Assembly (NCBI GenBank): GCA_963772835.1
Contig: CAVYYZ010000001.1
Coordinates: 128,001-192,000 of the forward strand
Direction: 5' to 3'
From: an uncultured delta proteobacterium
GTDB lineage: Bacteria > Desulfobacterota > Desulfuromonadia > Geobacterales > Pseudopelobacteraceae
DNA: 64,000 nt
In this document: positions 60,464-64,000 of the stretch, one piece after another
Position numbering within the stretch: position 1 is the stretch's first letter
Layout of the letters: each line of letters starts with the position of its first letter
Position numbers and translations under genes: made by a program
Notes under the pieces: generated by a model
Told to the model about the DNA's origin: nothing
The model's database searches: none
Seen by the model: only the letters and a program-made list of their open reading frames with translations

Positions 60464-60482
60464 AGTGGCAAACGGTTCTTAA

Positions 60483-60704
60483 TTACAGTTTATTTCTGAG
60501 CAGCCAGATGATGAGCGATATAACGGCAGAAAAAAGCAGGCAGGTCGTAAAAGGGAAGTAGAAACCAAAATTGCCTCGTCTGAAGCTGAGGTCTCCCGGA
60601 AGTCTGCCGAGCCAGGAGGGGAGTTTCGGTGCGAAAGAGAACAACAGACCGGCAGCAAGCAGGATGAGGCCGGCCATAATGAGAAATCGACCCGCACCGT
60701 TCAT
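60483..60704 (-). CDS. DUF2905-family small membrane protein
   Basis: LGRLPGD....GNF.FYFP.TTCLL.S. Confidence 0.88.
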   Translation of the reverse strand: MNGAGRFLIMAGLILLAAGLLFSFAPKLPSWLGRLPGDLSFRRGNFGFYFPFTTCLLFSAVISLIIWLLRNKL

Positions 60705-61252
60705 GTCTTTTTAGCAGAGTCTGCCGTTTGCAGGTACCGCTCCTTTTCACTGTAGATGCAGCCGCAGTATTGCTGGCGGTACAGTCCCCGATCTTTTGAG
60801 AGCCGGATTCCCTCCTGCCATCCTGATCGAAAGTCCTGGTAGTGGAAGGTCACTCCGTATTCACTTCCGAACTGTTCCCCCAGTGCCCTGATTTCATCAT
60901 GTTTCTGATACCGGCTGTAGAGGAGCGATGCACTGAATGCTTCAAAGCCACCCGCGGCAGCGGCATGTGCCGTTGCCTTCAGACGTGATGCGTAGCAGTA
61001 GCTGCAGCGTTTGTCCGGTTCAGCGGCGACGTGAGCCAGAAATCCCTCCAGATCGTAGTCGTCCTGCAGAATCAGGGGCATTGCTTCCTGGTCCGCCATT
61101 TGGACAGCGGTATCCCGCCGCCGGACATACTCCTGATAGGGATGGATATTGTGGTTATAGAAAAAGCCGGTCACTTGGTGTCCCGCTGCCCGTAGCTGCT
61201 GCAGCGGGAAAAGGGCACAGGGGCCGCAGCAGGTGTGCAGCAGAATACGCAT
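60701..61252 (-). CDS. queH: Epoxyqueuosine reductase QueH (DUF208)
   Basis: LLHTCCGPC, FYNHNIHP..EY..R, RC..CY..RL, YRQQYCGCIYS. Confidence 0.92.
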   Translation of the reverse strand: MRILLHTCCGPCALFPLQQLRAAGHQVTGFFYNHNIHPYQEYVRRRDTAVQMADQEAMPLILQDDYDLEGFLAHVAAEPDKRCSYCYASRLKATAHAAAAGGFEAFSASLLYSRYQKHDEIRALGEQFGSEYGVTFHYQDFRSGWQEGIRLSKDRGLYRQQYCGCIYSEKERYLQTADSAKKT

Positions 61253-62457
61253 TACAGATTCCCCAGCAGATGTCCCATCTTTTCCCGTTTGGTCTCAAGA
61301 TAGTCCCGGTTGGTGTCAGTCGGTTCCGCTTCAATGGAGACCCGTTCAACTATATCGATGCCATAGCCTTGCAGGCCGATAAGTTTTTTCGGGTTATTGG
61401 TCAGCAAACGTATTTTAGTGATGCCGAGTGCCAGCAGAATCTGGGCGCCGATACCATACTCGCGCAGATCTGCCTTGAAACCCAATTCAAGGTTGGCTTC
61501 CACCGTGTCACGTCCGTTATCCTGCAGTTCATACGCTTTCAGCTTGTTGACCAGTCCGATGCCCCGCCCTTCCTGACGCATGTACAGGATGACGCCGCAC
61601 CCTTCTGCTGCGATTTGCTTCATGGCGTGGTGCAGCTGCTCGCCGCAGTCGCAGCGCTGACTTCCGAGAACGTCTCCGGTCAGGCATTCCGAATGTACCC
61701 TGACCAGTATCGACTGATCTTTTTTCAGGTCCCCCTTTACCAGGGCGATGTGCTCGAGTTTGTCGATATCGTTTTCAAAACCGATCGCCCGCCATTCTCC
61801 GCCGAACGAGGAGGGGAGACGCGCTTCGGCAACGGTGCGTACCAATCGCTCGTTTTTGAGGCGATAGGCCACCAGATCGGCAATCGTGCAGATCTTTATG
61901 TTGTGCTCTTTCGCGAATACTTTCAGTTCCGGCATTCTCGCCATTGTGCCATCGTCATTCATGATTTCGCAGATGACACCGGCGGGTTTCAACCCTGCAA
62001 GGCGGGCCAGATCGACGGACCCCTCGGTCTGGCCAAGGCGCACGAGTACCCCGCCTTTACGGGCTCTCAGCGGGAATATATGGCCGGGGCTGACCAGATC
62101 CTTTGCACCGGCGCCGTCAGCGACGGCCGTCACAATCGTGTGGGCCCGGTCAGCGGCGGAGATGCCGGTTGTCACGCCGTGCTTTGCTTCGATAGATACG
62201 GTAAATGCGGTCTCAAACGGAGAGGTGTTGTCGCGCACCATCGGCCGCAGTCCCAGTTCATCGCATTTTTCGGGTGTCAGAGTCAGGCAGATCAGCCCGC
62301 GGCCATATTTTGCCATGAAATTGATGTTCTCCGGTGTGGCGGCCTCTGCAGCCAGAGTCAGATCCCCCTCGTTCTCACGATCCTCGTCATCCACCAGGAT
62401 AACCATTTTTCCAAGTCTGATATCTTCGATTGCTTCTTCAATGGTTGCTACTGACAT
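61252..62457 (-). CDS. ribBA: Bifunctional DHBP synthase / GTP cyclohydrolase II
   Basis: [51 protein letters not shown]. Confidence 0.97.
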   Translation of the reverse strand: MSVATIEEAIEDIRLGKMVILVDDEDRENEGDLTLAAEAATPENINFMAKYGRGLICLTLTPEKCDELGLRPMVRDNTSPFETAFTVSIEAKHGVTTGISAADRAHTIVTAVADGAGAKDLVSPGHIFPLRARKGGVLVRLGQTEGSVDLARLAGLKPAGVICEIMNDDGTMARMPELKVFAKEHNIKICTIADLVAYRLKNERLVRTVAEARLPSSFGGEWRAIGFENDIDKLEHIALVKGDLKKDQSILVRVHSECLTGDVLGSQRCDCGEQLHHAMKQIAAEGCGVILYMRQEGRGIGLVNKLKAYELQDNGRDTVEANLELGFKADLREYGIGAQILLALGITKIRLLTNNPKKLIGLQGYGIDIVERVSIEAEPTDTNRDYLETKREKMGHLLGNL

Positions 62458-62559
62458 ATGTCGTCCTCTCTAGGTATAGTTTCAATGTTCGTAGATTCAA
62501 GGCTCGCAGGGTGTCAACGTGGGACGGAAAACATTGAACACAAAACGTATGAACCGGTT

Positions 62560-63201
62560 TCAAATAAATCCATTTTCTGCGAGTATTTTCATGCTCAATC
62601 CGCCTCCGGGGTTCCGGGGCAGCGCCAATCGCTCTACGTACTTTCCGATAATATCGGTTTCAATATTAACTTTACTGCCGACTCTGAGCTGCCCGAGCGT
62701 GGTAACAGAATACGTATGCGGAATAATGTTTACCGAAAAGCCATCCTGAGAGACGGAGTTGACCGTCAGGCTGATCCCGTCTATCGTAACGGAACCTTTT
62801 TCCACAAGATAGCGGGCATGTTCAGACGGCAGAGTGAACTGCAATTGGTGGCTGCCGGATCGGCTTTCAGATCGGGACAGATACCCTTCGCAGTCGATGT
62901 GCCCGCTGACAATATGTCCTCCCATACGGTCACCGAGCCGGAGAGCCCGTTCCAGATTGACCCGGCTGCCGCTGGAGAGTCCTCCGACCGTTGACCGGGA
63001 CATACTCTCAGGGGAAACATCAAAGGAAAGGGTACGGCTGCTTCTGGCGGTCACGGTCAGACATACCCCATTAACGGCAACAGAGTCACCGACGGCAATT
63101 TCCGCCGTCGGCAGAGAAGTTTCCACAACAAGTACCCCCGCTTCATCGCGACGGTGAAACGCGGCCACATGGCCGGTGTCTTCAATCAGTCCAGTGAACA
63201 T
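62560..63201 (-). CDS. ribE: Riboflavin synthase (alpha chain)
   Basis: MFTGLIE, GDSVAVNGVCLT, VNLERA, GGH.VSGH, KGS..IDGISLT. Confidence 0.96.
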   Translation of the reverse strand: MFTGLIEDTGHVAAFHRRDEAGVLVVETSLPTAEIAVGDSVAVNGVCLTVTARSSRTLSFDVSPESMSRSTVGGLSSGSRVNLERALRLGDRMGGHIVSGHIDCEGYLSRSESRSGSHQLQFTLPSEHARYLVEKGSVTIDGISLTVNSVSQDGFSVNIIPHTYSVTTLGQLRVGSKVNIETDIIGKYVERLALPRNPGGGLSMKILAENGFI

Positions 63202-64000
63202 ACATTCTCCGGGCGTGCAGTGACCATAATATCAGTGCCGATGCGCCGCATGCTAAGATCGCGAAACGCAATTGAGCGCGCCATGTTAGTGGTGCCGGTA
63301 ATCGCGAAAGGGGAAAATCCATCGCTTCCGACCACCTTGGGTGCGTAAAAGAATACGCATTCATCAATCAAGCCGTGCCGCAGAGCTTCTCCCGCCAGGT
63401 GGCTTCCCCCTTCCAGCAGGAGGGAATGGATGCCGAGTTTACCCAGTCTGCTCCAGAGGTCATTCAGATCCACCCGGTTGTTCTCCGAGCGGCAGACCAA
63501 CAGGGTGGCGCCGCTTTTCAGATAGCGGGCATGCACCTCCGGGTTTGTTTCAATGGTCGCAATGACCGTTCCCCGTGCCATGTGAGCGCTTAACACCGCG
63601 ACGCTCTCCGGTGTACGCAGATGACTGTCGACTATGATCCTGAGCGGATTACGCCCTTTGACATGGCGGACAGTCAGCTGCGGGTCGTCTGCGATGATGG
63701 TGTCAACACCGACCATGATCGCATCGCTGTCAGCCCGCATGCGGTGAACAATCCTGCGTGAGGCTTCGCAGCTGATCCAGCGTGACTCGCCGGTAACGCT
63801 TGCTATCTTGCCGTCCAGAGTCATGGCACATTTATAGGTGACGTACGGCTGCCCGGTCGTCATGAATTTCACGAAAGGGCGATTGATTGCACGACACTCC
63901 TCCTCAAGTACTCCGCTGAGGGTCTCTATACCGGCCAACTGCAGAGCCCGCAATCCGCCGCCGTCTACCTGCGGATTCGGGTCGCTCATGCCGGCAATAA
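63186..64000 (-). CDS. ribD: RibD deaminase/reductase (5' part lies outside the window)
   Basis: DPNP.V.G.G, PYVT.K.A.TLDGKIA, SRWIS, DDPQLT.R, LLEGG. Confidence 0.95.
   Translation of the reverse strand, partial: IAGMSDPNPQVDGGGLRALQLAGIETLSGVLEEECRAINRPFVKFMTTGQPYVTYKCAMTLDGKIASVTGESRWISCEASRRIVHRMRADSDAIMVGVDTIIADDPQLTVRHVKGRNPLRIIVDSHLRTPESVAVLSAHMARGTVIATIETNPEVHARYLKSGATLLVCRSENNRVDLNDLWSRLGKLGIHSLLLEGGSHLAGEALRHGLIDECVFFYAPKVVGSDGFSPFAITGTTNMARSIAFRDLSMRRIGTDIMVTARPENVCSLD

Noticed and set aside
60214..60471. 85-aa minus-strand ORF
   Set aside because: Antisense to the real 55-aa ferredoxin, which has a strong RBS and two CxxCxxCxxxCP motifs.
60937..62454. 505-aa plus-strand ORF
   Set aside because: Antisense shadow of ribBA/queH with no recognisable motifs.

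Overview
A 64 kb chromosomal segment that looks like a Geobacteraceae-type deltaproteobacterium. This is inferred from gene content: triheme c7 cytochrome, Hya-type uptake hydrogenase, aldehyde:ferredoxin oxidoreductase, alr-ASKHA-purH-purD-purE and ackA/ferredoxin. Most of the window is housekeeping DNA: tig-clpP-clpX-hup, split nadE, pcrA/uvrD, ppk1, hydrogenase, an EmrAB-TolC pump, pyrKD, ptsP, purHDE, lgt, serA, truD, ackA, queH and rib genes, plus five tRNAs. The best candidate for an undescribed system lies between tRNA-Asn and tRNA-Gly (38.9-45.4 kb). It is a divergent five-gene module encoding a soluble non-RD Ser/Thr kinase, a PP2C phosphatase, an FHA-EAL phosphodiesterase, a DUF4388/PATAN-like-FHA protein, and a 722-aa protein whose degenerate GGDEF-like C-terminus keeps the RxxD I-site. 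Together these suggest a self-contained phosphothreonine/c-di-GMP switch. After tRNA-Gly come accessory genes: cti, an internally deleted ppc relic, a HExxH peptidase, a tandem beta-barrel protein and a c7 cytochrome. Two zones (about 0.6-2.0 kb and 22.8-29.5 kb) contain dense indels that are probably sequencing or assembly errors. I saw no CRISPR array, integrase or transposase. All family calls come from motif recognition by eye, not from database searches.
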